Below, piece by piece: positions 21,348-31,237 of a DNA stretch of 64,000 nt. Below the pieces are notes generated by a model, which searched no databases, was not told where the DNA came from, and saw only the letters and a program-made list of their open reading frames with translations. Source of the stretch: an uncultured cyanobacterium (lineage in GTDB: Bacteria; Cyanobacteriota; Cyanobacteriia; Cyanobacteriales; Nostocaceae); assembly GCA_963740315.1 (NCBI GenBank), contig CAVUDP010000002.1:3488001-3552000 (forward strand), read 5' to 3'. The stretch's first letter is position 1. Each line of letters opens with the position of its first letter. The position numbers and the translations under genes are program-made.

Positions 21348-22208
21348 TCACGAACTTACTCTTTCAATAACATACGGAAGCGCAATCCGAAAAGCAATCC
21401 AGGTAAAAAGCAAACCAACCCAAGTTATAATACTGACCACCCAAAAGCCTACTGGTTCGGAAATAATTCCGGTTGTTGCTAACTCTCGCGTCGTCACTAG
21501 CAAGGGAGTAACGGGATTAAGTTTAATTAGAAAACCAAATAAACCGCTCGGAGGAACCGAATAGACAACAGGGGTGAGAAACAACCAAAACCCTGTCACC
21601 ATTGTTAATGATTTTGATACATCTTGGTAAAGCACTCCTAAAGGAGACAGTAATGTTCCCAAAAAAGTCCCCAGCATAATTAAATGAATTAGAGCAACCG
21701 GAGCAATAATTACCGTCCAACTTACCCCAATGCGATACCAAATAAATAGCCCGACAATTAAAAGTAATTTAATTGCAAAGTTAAATAAAACCTCTCCAAC
21801 TTTAGCTAAAATAACTGCTTCGCGGGGGAAATTGACGCGAGCAAGCATTGGCTTTGCCTTGATAACTGCATCAACTGGACCGTTCAAAGATTCAACAAAG
21901 GTTTGCCACAACGCAGTACTGAACATTACATAGGCAGGATAAGGTAAATCGGTTTTACCCACATTGACTATGTTTGCTTGACTTGCCAAAGTAAATCCAA
22001 CTGCCATGACAATGGGAGGAATAAATGCCCAAACAATTCCCAAGACTGACTGACGGTACTGGGCACTAATATCGCGTACCATTAACCGCCATGCTAATTC
22101 ACGAGAGGCAAGTAAGTCATACCACATTTGCCGTAGCAGTTGTCGGGGGTGTCTTAGTAAGCTTTCAGGAGTGTGAACTGTCTCAATCAACGATCCTTTG
22201 CTTCTCAT
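21348..22208 (-). CDS. wzm: Polysaccharide ABC exporter permease (Wzm)
   Basis: RDISAQYRQSVLGIVWAF, RVNFPRE, FLTPVVY, LNPVTPLL. Confidence 0.9.
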   Translation of the reverse strand: MRSKGSLIETVHTPESLLRHPRQLLRQMWYDLLASRELAWRLMVRDISAQYRQSVLGIVWAFIPPIVMAVGFTLASQANIVNVGKTDLPYPAYVMFSTALWQTFVESLNGPVDAVIKAKPMLARVNFPREAVILAKVGEVLFNFAIKLLLIVGLFIWYRIGVSWTVIIAPVALIHLIMLGTFLGTLLSPLGVLYQDVSKSLTMVTGFWLFLTPVVYSVPPSGLFGFLIKLNPVTPLLVTTRELATTGIISEPVGFWVVSIITWVGLLFTWIAFRIALPYVIERVSS

Positions 22209-22273
22209 ATATTAGTTAGTTTTTTATTTCTATTTATTAAGTAGAAATTAACACGGGCTGAGTCTTCGATGGC

Positions 22274-23191
22274 TTATACCTCCAGCTTGGGTTCGGATGA
22301 ATTTAAACCTGATTTTTTGTTAAATGGAGCCATTTCCCAAAAGAAACCTGCTGCGTTTGCCACTTGGGATACAAATAGAACGCCAGTTAAGGTGATTCCT
22401 TGCTTTCCTTGACCGTTGACAAAGGGATATCGGAGAAGTTCGAGGTAATAGTTACCTTCAATCTCAAAATTTCCCCAGCCTTTTTCGGCTCTTGCTTGAT
22501 GAAAGCGGAAAGCTCCCCGACCATAGCTAAAATGCTGCTTCCAGAAGCTGCGAAGTGTCATGGCATGAGCGTGGTAGATTACAACTTCAGGCGCATAGGT
22601 CATCTCGTAGCCCTGATGCAGCCACCGATCGCAAAATTCCCGGTCTTCTGAAGTTTTGAAGCTTTCATTAAAGCCACCAAGTTCCCGGAAGGGTTGAGCT
22701 GGTATAACCATGTTGTTGGAAGCAAAGAAGCGGGCTCGATCCGGAATAGCGTTGTAGTGTGCATAGCCCATGCTAATAATGTTCTGACTCGTAGTAGAGA
22801 AAGGGTTATCAAGCAGTGCATTCACCGTTTGACCGCCTACAATGCGATCGGGAGTTGCCGTGAAGCAGTTTTCTAATGCTTGCAACCAATTCGTCGCCGG
22901 TCTACAATCATCATCGGTGAAAGCAAGATACTTGCCCTTAGCATGCTGGGCTGCATGGTTGCGTGCTGCTGCCGGTCCCGCATTTTCCTGTCGAATCAGT
23001 TTTAAATTAAGTGAGTCCTCAAAGGGAGCTACCACCGTGTCTAATGGGTTGTCACTACCATCGTCGATCGCAATAACTTCAAAGCGATCGCGCGGATAGT
23101 CAAGCTGACTCAGAGATTCGAGACAACTCGCAAGTTGCTTCGGGCGATTATAGGTAGGGATAATAATTGAGAATAAAAGCTGTTGTTGCAT
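22274..23191 (-). CDS. Glycosyltransferase family 2
   Basis: SIIIPTYNR, IDDGS, GPAAARN, FTDDDC, GGFNESF..SEDRE. Confidence 0.92.
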   Translation of the reverse strand: MQQQLLFSIIIPTYNRPKQLASCLESLSQLDYPRDRFEVIAIDDGSDNPLDTVVAPFEDSLNLKLIRQENAGPAAARNHAAQHAKGKYLAFTDDDCRPATNWLQALENCFTATPDRIVGGQTVNALLDNPFSTTSQNIISMGYAHYNAIPDRARFFASNNMVIPAQPFRELGGFNESFKTSEDREFCDRWLHQGYEMTYAPEVVIYHAHAMTLRSFWKQHFSYGRGAFRFHQARAEKGWGNFEIEGNYYLELLRYPFVNGQGKQGITLTGVLFVSQVANAAGFFWEMAPFNKKSGLNSSEPKLEV

Positions 23192-23219
23192 ATATCTGGT
23201 AAAGAAAAGTAAATTGTTA

Positions 23220-24308
23220 CTAACTATTAACAGGGGTTGCAATCTTCTCTGGAGAAACAGAAGTAGGAGATTGTTGCCGTCGTAATTCTTGTTGCTTGGC
23301 GTGACGGTTGGTTAAAGTTCGATTAAGTAACCGTTCGGGCTGGACTAAAAGATTTTCTATCTTCCCGCTACCGATACCAAAGGTTAAAGCCCGCACAAAA
23401 GGATAGATAATCGTTCCTTTTCGCCGCCATCCTTTTTCCAACTTTTTGTATTTGGTTTGAAAGTAGCCGTCTTCAGCCAGATTCCATTTCTTTTGTAAAT
23501 GCTTCAAGCTTGCGAGCGTCCAAGCATCGCTCCAGCGCAACATATAGTAATGCAAATCAAACCACTTCAAAGGAGGTCCCGGTACATAAGTGACGATAGA
23601 GGCGGGTTCAATATAAACTGTACCGCTTATTTCACGAACGCTCATACAAAAATCCAAATGCTCTTTAGTATTGAGCATTGCTTCATCTAGTTGAACGAGC
23701 CGCTCAAAAATAGACCGACGCACTAACACGCAGTGAAATTCTGCTAGCTCTGTTTGAGTGCGATCGAGTCCATCGCGAATTTCTCCAACCCCTTTACCTT
23801 GGTCGTACATTTTCTCCCTTAGCCGCCGCCGTCCGGTTTTGTCAACCCAAATGTGGGATTCTCCACCTGCAAAATGGACGTTTTCATGAATCGGCTCATA
23901 CTGACACATCAACGGACCTACCACCGCTGCGTCTGTTTCCTCGGCACACTGCACCAAAGCTGTTAGCCAATTTGGTGAAACAATTACATCATTATCTACA
24001 AAGACAACATATTTGGTGTCTACTTTAGATAAACCCAAGTTTCTAGCCTGGTTGGGGTAGAGGTAATAATCGGTTCGTATTAGCTCAAACCCTTTTGCCT
24101 CAGCTTGCTTTTTCAGGTAGCGTCGAACGGATGCCGGAGAATTACCATCAACATAAATTAGCTTGTAGGGCAAACTTGTATGAGCAAATATGCTTTCTAA
24201 AGATTGGCGCGTACAGCTAAATCGCTCGCGAGGAACAACCACAATCGTTACCATCGGCTGTTCTGAAGACTGGTTTTTATAAGTAATTTCCTGGGTGCTA
24301 ATAGTCAT
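23220..24308 (-). CDS. Glycosyltransferase family 2
   Basis: VTIVVVPRERFS, YVDGNS, NQARNLG, VFVDNDV, EHLDFC. Confidence 0.88.
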   Translation of the reverse strand: MTISTQEITYKNQSSEQPMVTIVVVPRERFSCTRQSLESIFAHTSLPYKLIYVDGNSPASVRRYLKKQAEAKGFELIRTDYYLYPNQARNLGLSKVDTKYVVFVDNDVIVSPNWLTALVQCAEETDAAVVGPLMCQYEPIHENVHFAGGESHIWVDKTGRRRLREKMYDQGKGVGEIRDGLDRTQTELAEFHCVLVRRSIFERLVQLDEAMLNTKEHLDFCMSVREISGTVYIEPASIVTYVPGPPLKWFDLHYYMLRWSDAWTLASLKHLQKKWNLAEDGYFQTKYKKLEKGWRRKGTIIYPFVRALTFGIGSGKIENLLVQPERLLNRTLTNRHAKQQELRRQQSPTSVSPEKIATPVNS

Positions 24309-24329
24309 AAAAAAACCTTTTACAATAAC

Positions 24330-25604
24330 TTATTTACTTAAGGGTACTGCAACTGAGTGAAGAGCCTCCTCAGACTTAAGAAGCGATTCATAAAGAGTAA
24401 CAAGGCGATCGTTTAAGCAATTGAGATCGTAATGCTGCTCTACAAATGAACGTCCGGCTTCACCCATTGCAGCCCAACCTTCGGGATGCTCGATCGAGTA
24501 AATCAATTTATCGGCGATCGCCTTCTCGTCTCTTTCTGGGACTAAGAAGCCGGATACCCCTTCTTCAACTAGTTCTGGAATACCTCCATGAACCGTACTG
24601 ATGACGGGTAGCCCCATAGCCATTGCTTCTTTGAGTACATTGATCGGAGCGTCTTGATTGCCATCGCTAGCAGTTACGCTGGGTGCAATAAATAGATGCG
24701 ATGTTTTTAACAGGTCAATAATTTCGCTCTGAGACTTTTGCCCCAGCAGCTTAATCGACTGCTCTGCCTTCAGTGAAACAATCAATTGCTCGAATTGCGA
24801 TCGCAGCGGTCCGTCCCCGATGATGATGTATTCTAAATTTAAATTGGAATGCTGTTTTAATATTTGAGCTACTGCCCGAATACTATATTCAATACCTTTC
24901 TTTTCAACTAAACGTCCTGTGGTGGCAATCCGAACTAAACCATTTTTCGGATATTGACGAGTTTGAAATGGAAAACGGCTGTAATCTAAGCCCGAACCAT
25001 GAACTCTAATTAGTTTGGGATTGCAGCCCAACTCAATCACGCGGCGCTTGAAAAATTCACAGTTTGCCAGAAAATAATCTCCACTTGCAAACAAAGGTTT
25101 ATAAATATTTTCGCCGTGTTCTTGAACAAAATTACTGATATCATGTCCCCTAAAAATAGTAATTAATTTTGCACTCGGAGAATTTACACTTCGGAATGCC
25201 ATTCCTCTAAAACCAACAGTTCCAAACTGGCAATGAATAATATCATAGTTTCTTTGAAGATTGGGAATCAACGTGTAGAGCAGCCAAAGTGATATTGCCT
25301 GTTGCCCATGTTTAAAAAAGTTCAGCGCTTGTAAGGTTTCTTTAGGCGCTTGAATCAACTTAGAAACCAGTACACCGCAGCCTTTAATTGCCCGCCAGAA
25401 AAAATTCTCAGGAATTTCAGGTAAGTAGTAGGTGCGTTCGAGTAGGTTATATGTTAATACATCATCATGCAACTTTTCTAAATTACCCGGTCTATCAGCA
25501 TAAATATCAACTTGATGTCCTCTATCTAGCAGACCTGTAATTTGATTTAATATAAACGTCTCCGATAAAATTGGAAAATCACCGACTATAAAGGCAATAT
25601 TCAT
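24330..25604 (-). CDS. Glycosyltransferase family 4 (WcaL-like)
   Basis: FPILSETFILNQI, GRLVEKKGIEY, PSVTASDGNQD, LKEAMAMGLPVISTVHGGIPELV. Confidence 0.92.
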   Translation of the reverse strand: MNIAFIVGDFPILSETFILNQITGLLDRGHQVDIYADRPGNLEKLHDDVLTYNLLERTYYLPEIPENFFWRAIKGCGVLVSKLIQAPKETLQALNFFKHGQQAISLWLLYTLIPNLQRNYDIIHCQFGTVGFRGMAFRSVNSPSAKLITIFRGHDISNFVQEHGENIYKPLFASGDYFLANCEFFKRRVIELGCNPKLIRVHGSGLDYSRFPFQTRQYPKNGLVRIATTGRLVEKKGIEYSIRAVAQILKQHSNLNLEYIIIGDGPLRSQFEQLIVSLKAEQSIKLLGQKSQSEIIDLLKTSHLFIAPSVTASDGNQDAPINVLKEAMAMGLPVISTVHGGIPELVEEGVSGFLVPERDEKAIADKLIYSIEHPEGWAAMGEAGRSFVEQHYDLNCLNDRLVTLYESLLKSEEALHSVAVPLSK

Positions 25605-25689
25605 AACAAATGTTGATTTCCCCCATTAAAAAAAGATAGTGTAAAGTGTGTAAACTGTAGTTTTTTTAATCTATTAAAATCATAGGCAA

Positions 25690-26613
25690 CTATTCTCTGA
25701 TTGAAACTCCGCCTAACATTAATCGTATTCTTTCCCAAGCGCTTACATACCTGATAAATAACATCACAAAAGAAACTCTTAGTTTTTCCCCGAAGCCATT
25801 TAATCGTAAATCTCCAAAGACTTGAATTACAAAATTTAGCGGCGGTAATAAATCTTCTAAGAGTGATTTAAAGAGTACTTTATTTAGTTGTAAATATGAA
25901 TATTTTTTATTCAATTGCAGGTCATAACTACCACCTACAATTCTAATTGTTCTTTTATAGATTTGTTTAAACGAATATCTTGCCGGATGAGCAACACAAG
26001 CATCTGCTGCATAAAGAAGCTGATAATTAGATGCAGCAACTCGCTGCCCCCATTCCAAATCGCCACTTGATTTCAAAGTAGCATTGAAACAACCTATATG
26101 CTCAATTACAGCTTTGAAGGTAAATAAATTTGCTGTTGCACCATATTTGTACTTTTCGAGATACTCTTTCTGCGTAAAAGCAGTAACCTTTTCAAAAAGT
26201 TCTACAGGCGTAAGTCGATCGGGATTTTTAAAGAAAATTTTAATTTCTCCTGCAACTAAGCCACAATTAGAAGTTTTAAGTAAATGTTGAACTCCCTTTT
26301 CAATCCAATCAGTAGCAGGAATGCAGTCAGCATCCGTGAAAGCAATTATCTCTCCCTTTGCTAGCGATATACCTTTGTTACGAGCGGCATAGGAACCTGG
26401 GAGAAGTTCTTGAGTGGCGATCGCCACTTTAAACTCAGCTACAACTCCCTCAATGTCTTGGTCATCGTCAGAACCGTTATCCACTACGATGACTTCATAA
26501 TGGCTTTGAGGATAAGACTGGGTTTCCAAGGCTGCCAAACATAATTTTAAACGGGCAGCATCATTAAAAACGGGAATAATCACCGAGACGAATAGTAATG
26601 GTGGATTTTCCAT
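25690..26613 (-). CDS. Glycosyltransferase family 2
   Basis: VSVIIPVFN, VVDNGS, GSYAARNKG, FTDADC, SSGDLEW. Confidence 0.92.
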   Translation of the reverse strand: MENPPLLFVSVIIPVFNDAARLKLCLAALETQSYPQSHYEVIVVDNGSDDDQDIEGVVAEFKVAIATQELLPGSYAARNKGISLAKGEIIAFTDADCIPATDWIEKGVQHLLKTSNCGLVAGEIKIFFKNPDRLTPVELFEKVTAFTQKEYLEKYKYGATANLFTFKAVIEHIGCFNATLKSSGDLEWGQRVAASNYQLLYAADACVAHPARYSFKQIYKRTIRIVGGSYDLQLNKKYSYLQLNKVLFKSLLEDLLPPLNFVIQVFGDLRLNGFGEKLRVSFVMLFIRYVSAWERIRLMLGGVSIRE

Positions 26614-26981
26614 GATTCTCTATTTGCTATTTGCACAAAAGATAGGCAACGGGCGAAAAAAAATTTTATGTATATAGCACCATGAAAAAACTGCTTTCTA
26701 AAGTTTTGACAACTTTTGATCGGTAAAATGTCAGGTTTGCGATCCTTTTTCAGCAGGACGGACTTGCTTGATCCCATCTTTTATTAACTTTTAACCTACT
26801 ATAAGTCCCACATACTTTACAATCACTAATGATTGATTACCCCAAAATAAAAATATATTTTATTCAAAAATTCACATATGCGTATGCGATTTTCTTAGGT
26901 ATAAACCACGTATCGGAAAAAATCAAGTTAAAATTTTGACAATTATTCCTTTTATGTAAATTCAGGTAATTAAATAGTCCG

Positions 26982-27107
26982 CCAACGTCCATCATAAATA
27001 TCGTAAGTCCAAAAAGCAAATAATAGCTGCTATTGTAAATAAGCCAGTTAAACCGTGAAGAATGCGTAGTAATAACAGTTGATAGGCTGAGATAGTTTGA
27101 CCGACAT
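26982..27107 (-). pseudogene. Degenerate duplicate of the 5' end of the cytochrome b gene (17346-17474)
   Basis: Shares ccaacgtccatc...tcgtaagtccaaaaagca...aataatagctgc...gtaaataagccagttaaaccgtgaagaat...ccgacat with small indels. Confidence 0.88.
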
Positions 27108-27295
27108 CAAATAACAAACGCAAGAATTATTTATATTCTATGGTAGTTGTAGAGAAGCGTTAGCGCGGAGTGACCGCAAGGTAATAATATCGCTTCTCTA
27201 CATTAGGTTAAATTACGAATAAATATTATCAATGTCAAATTCCGCTTGAGTTAAGTCAAGATGACCGCTAATAAAATTGATAATTTGCTCGTCTG

Positions 27296-28051
27296 TCATG
27301 TTTTGATTTTATCGAGTAAACCTACCAGTTCTTTATTAAGTATTTCATATCCTTGGTTATTCAAATGCAGTTCATCCGAACCATATTTCTGCAACATCAT
27401 TCCTTGAGTATTGGCAAGAATCGAAAAACTATCAAATATAATCACCTTATCTTCAGCTAATGTAGCTATGTAAGCATTCACTTCTTCAACTGTTTTAGCT
27501 ATATCATCCGACCAAAAAGGCTTACGCTGAATTGGTGCTTCTCCTACTGGAAAAATAGTAGTCAATATTACTACTGCACCTAAATTCTTAGATTCGTCTA
27601 CAATTCGCTTAATATTATCTCGACAATTAGTAATAATTGAATTTCTACGTTCTGGAAACAATGCAATAGTTTTCAAATCGTTAACACCAACTTGAATAAT
27701 TACTATATTAGGTTGTAAAGAATTAACGTGATATCTAAACCGCTCAACTGTTTGCACCGAAGTTTGGGCATGAATTCCACGATTGATAAATTCATACCCA
27801 TTTATATTAGGTGATATCCAACCATCTGCTCTGGAGTCACCAAAGAAAACTACACGGATTTTACTTTTATCGGTAGCTTTCTTGAAATTTACGGGATAGT
27901 GACTTAAGCCAAAAGGATCTAAACGAGTTTCATTAACTTGGAGGTAATATTTTTTAGCTTGATTGTAGAGAAGAATATTGAAAACAATTGAACTTCCAAG
28001 CATTAATAAGATGAGAGATTTAAATATAATAAAAATTTTATTTGATGTCAT
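27296..28051 (-). CDS. SGNH/GDSL hydrolase with N-terminal membrane anchor
   Basis: VVFFGDSR, INRGI, QVGVND, DELHLN. Confidence 0.9.
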   Translation of the reverse strand: MTSNKIFIIFKSLILLMLGSSIVFNILLYNQAKKYYLQVNETRLDPFGLSHYPVNFKKATDKSKIRVVFFGDSRADGWISPNINGYEFINRGIHAQTSVQTVERFRYHVNSLQPNIVIIQVGVNDLKTIALFPERRNSIITNCRDNIKRIVDESKNLGAVVILTTIFPVGEAPIQRKPFWSDDIAKTVEEVNAYIATLAEDKVIIFDSFSILANTQGMMLQKYGSDELHLNNQGYEILNKELVGLLDKIKT

Positions 28052-28118
28052 GTATTTGGGAGTTGGCTGTAATCGTGTAATCTGATTTAAGGTTTTTTAA
28101 GAAATAAAAAAAAGGGCT

Positions 28119-28358
28119 TTAATTCACATTCATCAAGAAGGATTCGCATATGCGATCGGCATTTACGACAGCTAATTCCAACGCTTCAATTGCCTGCTCC
28201 CGACTGACACTAGGGAAATGGTCAATAAACTCATCCAAGGAGTCACCCGCTTCCAGATAATCGAGCAAGGTTTTAATCGGTACGCGAGTACCAATAAATA
28301 CAGGCGTTCCCCCTAATATTTCAGGGTCGCTATGCACAACACGCTGTTTTGAATACAT
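28119..28358 (-). CDS. DUF433 antitoxin-like protein (3' end frameshifted), overlapping a stub of a DUF5615 toxin
   Basis: SDPEILGGTPVFIGTRVPIKTLLDYLEAGDSLDEFIDHFP; ATG at 28149 begins MRILLDEC and then degenerates. Confidence 0.82.
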   Translation of the reverse strand: MYSKQRVVHSDPEILGGTPVFIGTRVPIKTLLDYLEAGDSLDEFIDHFPSVSREQAIEALELAVVNADRICESFLMNVN

Positions 28359-28544
28359 AAATTTTTTAAGCGATCGCCCTTGTGAGTGATTTGTTAATGC
28401 TAGCTTGCGATGTGCTGATGCGGTTAAGTAAAGTTCTTTTTTAACCCAAGGAAACGGGATTTTATGGCGATCGCGCTTAAAAAGCTAACATTTTGGAAGT
28501 GAACAATATCAATCTTTATGGTAATGCTGACAACAGATAAAAAC

Positions 28545-29273
28545 CTAGAAAGGTAACTCAGGTTGTAGATATTGCTCTTTACTTTTATTACTCTTTTTTT
28601 GATTTTCCATAGATGATATATTATTTGAATTATTTTTTGTGATTAAATCAATATAGTAATTTTTATCTTCGACTACACGGTCTATTTCATCATTGTGGCA
28701 TAGAGAAACAAATAAAGCGGCTGCTCTTGCCTGACAGTTGAATGATTTTTTAGGATTAAATGCAATATCAGAAAAACCCTTATAATCAAATAATTTATTA
28801 GCTAAACTTGGATTTTGTGAAAGTGCAGTTAAATATAGCCAATCATAAAACGCTGTGACCGGATTAATAATAAAATTTTCTCCAAAAAATTCATAACCTA
28901 CAAAATTACCAGAATTACGCAGCCTTTCATCAGTTTTAGCTTCTTTGCTAGAGACAGAATATAAATCCTGAAAAGGACCGCCATTTGCGAAAATCTTACT
29001 GCCTTGATATGCACATTCAACTGAAATACTTGTTTCATCTTTTATCATCTTTAGATTAAAGGCACTTAAAGAAACTCCTACCTCCTGATTCGATTTAGAG
29101 GATATCTCTAAGACTGTGGTTATTTTAGCTTCAGCGGCTGCCTGATGCAGAGAGGCTATTGATTTCTGGGCTTGTACTTTTGCAAAACCAGGGTGCCATT
29201 CAAATTCAAGTAAACTTTCTTTCACAAAGGGAAAGCCTTTTAAATTCGGGATAAAAATAGGTCGTTTAGCCAT
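28545..29273 (-). CDS. DarT1-associated NADAR-type antitoxin (DarG1-like)
   Basis: MAKRPIFIP, F.WHPGF..Q.QKSI..LH, LEISSKS...GVSLSAFNL, SVECAYQGSKIF..GGPF.DL, FYDWLY, FSDIAFNPKKSFNCQARAAA; directly downstream of a DarT-domain gene. Confidence 0.78.
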   Translation of the reverse strand: MAKRPIFIPNLKGFPFVKESLLEFEWHPGFAKVQAQKSIASLHQAAAEAKITTVLEISSKSNQEVGVSLSAFNLKMIKDETSISVECAYQGSKIFANGGPFQDLYSVSSKEAKTDERLRNSGNFVGYEFFGENFIINPVTAFYDWLYLTALSQNPSLANKLFDYKGFSDIAFNPKKSFNCQARAAALFVSLCHNDEIDRVVEDKNYYIDLITKNNSNNISSMENQKKSNKSKEQYLQPELPF

Positions 29274-29306
29274 AATTCACCTTACGATTAGAAGAATAAT
29301 TCTGGT

Positions 29307-30638
29307 TTACCACATTTGCCAATCTTGTCTAGGGGAAAAATAATCACGATATCCAGCATAAAAAGTTTGTGAATAATTCCCTGGATTTAGGTTTGCCCAT
29401 TGTTTTCTAACATCTAAACTGTGGAAATGAACTACATCAATATACTGAGTAGAAATTTGATTAAAAACAAGCACTTCAGCTTGAGGATGAGTTGTAAAAT
29501 TACTTGGGATATCTAAAGTTTCACGTTTAATACGACCGTAATTAGAGAACATATTTTTTAAAGCTTCAGGTTGTTTCTTTGCTTGAGTTCTTCTTTGTGC
29601 AATATTTTCTTTGGCATTGTTTGAAGCTGCATTCTCTTGATAAAATTTACAATCTAGTTCCCATAAAATGGAGGGTTTGAGAAGCAAAACAACCCAATCC
29701 GAACGATTATTAAAACTATACTTGTAAAACATTTTGTAGTTAGGAAAGCTGATGCTCAAGCAGATGGCTTCTCGCTGTCCATCTAAACGGTGAATGTCAT
29801 TATACTTAGGTGCCTCTACCCATGACATACTTTCAAGTTGCGATCGTCCTAATAAACCATGCTGCAAAATACTATTTAGATTAGCGATATGGGTAAAGTG
29901 TACCAATACTTCAATTCCATACATCTGGCATATTTTTTGTATCTCGGATGCACGTAATTGTAATCTGGTTTGACGCTGTTGCTCTGCTGCAATGCGTTCT
30001 GCTTCTTGAGCAGCTAGAATCTGCGCTTTACGTTCGGCTTCGTGTTTTCTCCGTTGCTCTGCTTCTGAACGTTCTTTTTCTTGAAGATATTTTAAATACT
30101 TTAGACGTTCAGCTTCCTTTTTTCTTCGTCGTTCAGCTTCTAAACGTTCCTTTTCTCGAATAGCTTCTAAGCGCTTTAAGCGTTCAGCTTTTCTTTTCTT
30201 TCGTTCTTCTTCCTCAGCTTCTTTTCTTTGACGTTGTAATCTCTCCCGTTCATGAATTAAATCATCTGTACAAATTTGCCCAACTAATAAAAGCGTTATT
30301 TGATTGAGCCAATGAGGAGTAGGAGCGTCTATATCGTGCCATAATCCTTGAATCTTTGCTGTCAGACTATCTAATTCTTTACTTGGTATATCTTCTGCAC
30401 TTAACCACAGCTTACTTACCTGTTCACCCTTACCAGTTTTCTCAACTTCATACCAAAAACTGACATCATCATATGAACCACTGTCTAGCTTTTGAGCTAG
30501 TTCATGGTATTCGTGCTTAATTGTCTTAATATGAAAGAAAATTTCTCGTGTCGATTGCTTGTCGCGCAGGGTACGCTTAACAAACCCAAATCCCCTTTCC
30601 GCATTGTATTTTTGGACACTACCGAAATCTATTGTCAC
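29307..30638 (-). CDS. Cold-shock domain + charged helix + DarT (DUF4433) ssDNA ADP-ribosyltransferase fusion
   Basis: N-terminal GSVQKYNAERGFGFV...EIFFH; ~100 aa E/R/K/Q-rich helix; C-terminal LVHFTHIANLNSILQHGLL, ND..RLDG, ICLSISFPNYKMFY, NAAS, PQAEVLV; GAGG RBS before the GTG. Confidence 0.85.
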   Translation of the reverse strand: MTIDFGSVQKYNAERGFGFVKRTLRDKQSTREIFFHIKTIKHEYHELAQKLDSGSYDDVSFWYEVEKTGKGEQVSKLWLSAEDIPSKELDSLTAKIQGLWHDIDAPTPHWLNQITLLLVGQICTDDLIHERERLQRQRKEAEEEERKKRKAERLKRLEAIREKERLEAERRRKKEAERLKYLKYLQEKERSEAEQRRKHEAERKAQILAAQEAERIAAEQQRQTRLQLRASEIQKICQMYGIEVLVHFTHIANLNSILQHGLLGRSQLESMSWVEAPKYNDIHRLDGQREAICLSISFPNYKMFYKYSFNNRSDWVVLLLKPSILWELDCKFYQENAASNNAKENIAQRRTQAKKQPEALKNMFSNYGRIKRETLDIPSNFTTHPQAEVLVFNQISTQYIDVVHFHSLDVRKQWANLNPGNYSQTFYAGYRDYFSPRQDWQMW

Positions 30639-30897
30639 TGCTTTAACCTCATAGTAGGTTAAACCCCTTAGAAGACTATGCTTATATCGGTAGGGTACCC
30701 ATTAGGGAAAAAATCATAGCAGGGAAATGAAATTAAAGTGACAATATTTTATTAGAAACAAACTTGACTCTCTATAGTGATTAAAACTAAAACAAAATTA
30801 TATTTACGTATTTTTACGCAAGTAGAAAAAGGTGGCAGTTATATTCGCCATCCCTTACATAAAAAATAATCTTTCTAAAATCTTCCACAAATCACCC

Positions 30898-31146
30898 CTA
30901 CTTATTCGCATCCAACTCAACATTAGACTGCTGACTTCTACTTACCCTCGCAGCTTCTAACTTCTGACGAATCGCAGCTTGAACTTTATCATCAAAATCG
31001 GCATCACCCGCACTTGCAATAATTCTCAGCGGACGTTGATTGATTCTCTCTAAATATCCTTGAAAAGCAGTTTCATCTCCACGATGTTTAAGAAAATACT
31101 GTTTTAACTCAGCATCGGACATTGCATTATAGTTAACTAGGCTCAT
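30898..31146 (-). CDS. DUF6887-like small protein (putative antitoxin)
   Basis: NYNAMSDAELKQYFLKHRGDETAF motif typical of this cyanobacterial family. Confidence 0.65.
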   Translation of the reverse strand: MSLVNYNAMSDAELKQYFLKHRGDETAFQGYLERINQRPLRIIASAGDADFDDKVQAAIRQKLEAARVSRSQQSNVELDANK

Positions 31147-31237
31147 CAGCAAAATCCCCCAAAGGTAAAATTTGGAACTTATTCCGCAACGCCGCACCAC
31201 TTTTGTATGATAAGAGAATCTTTCCTTGAGGCATTCG

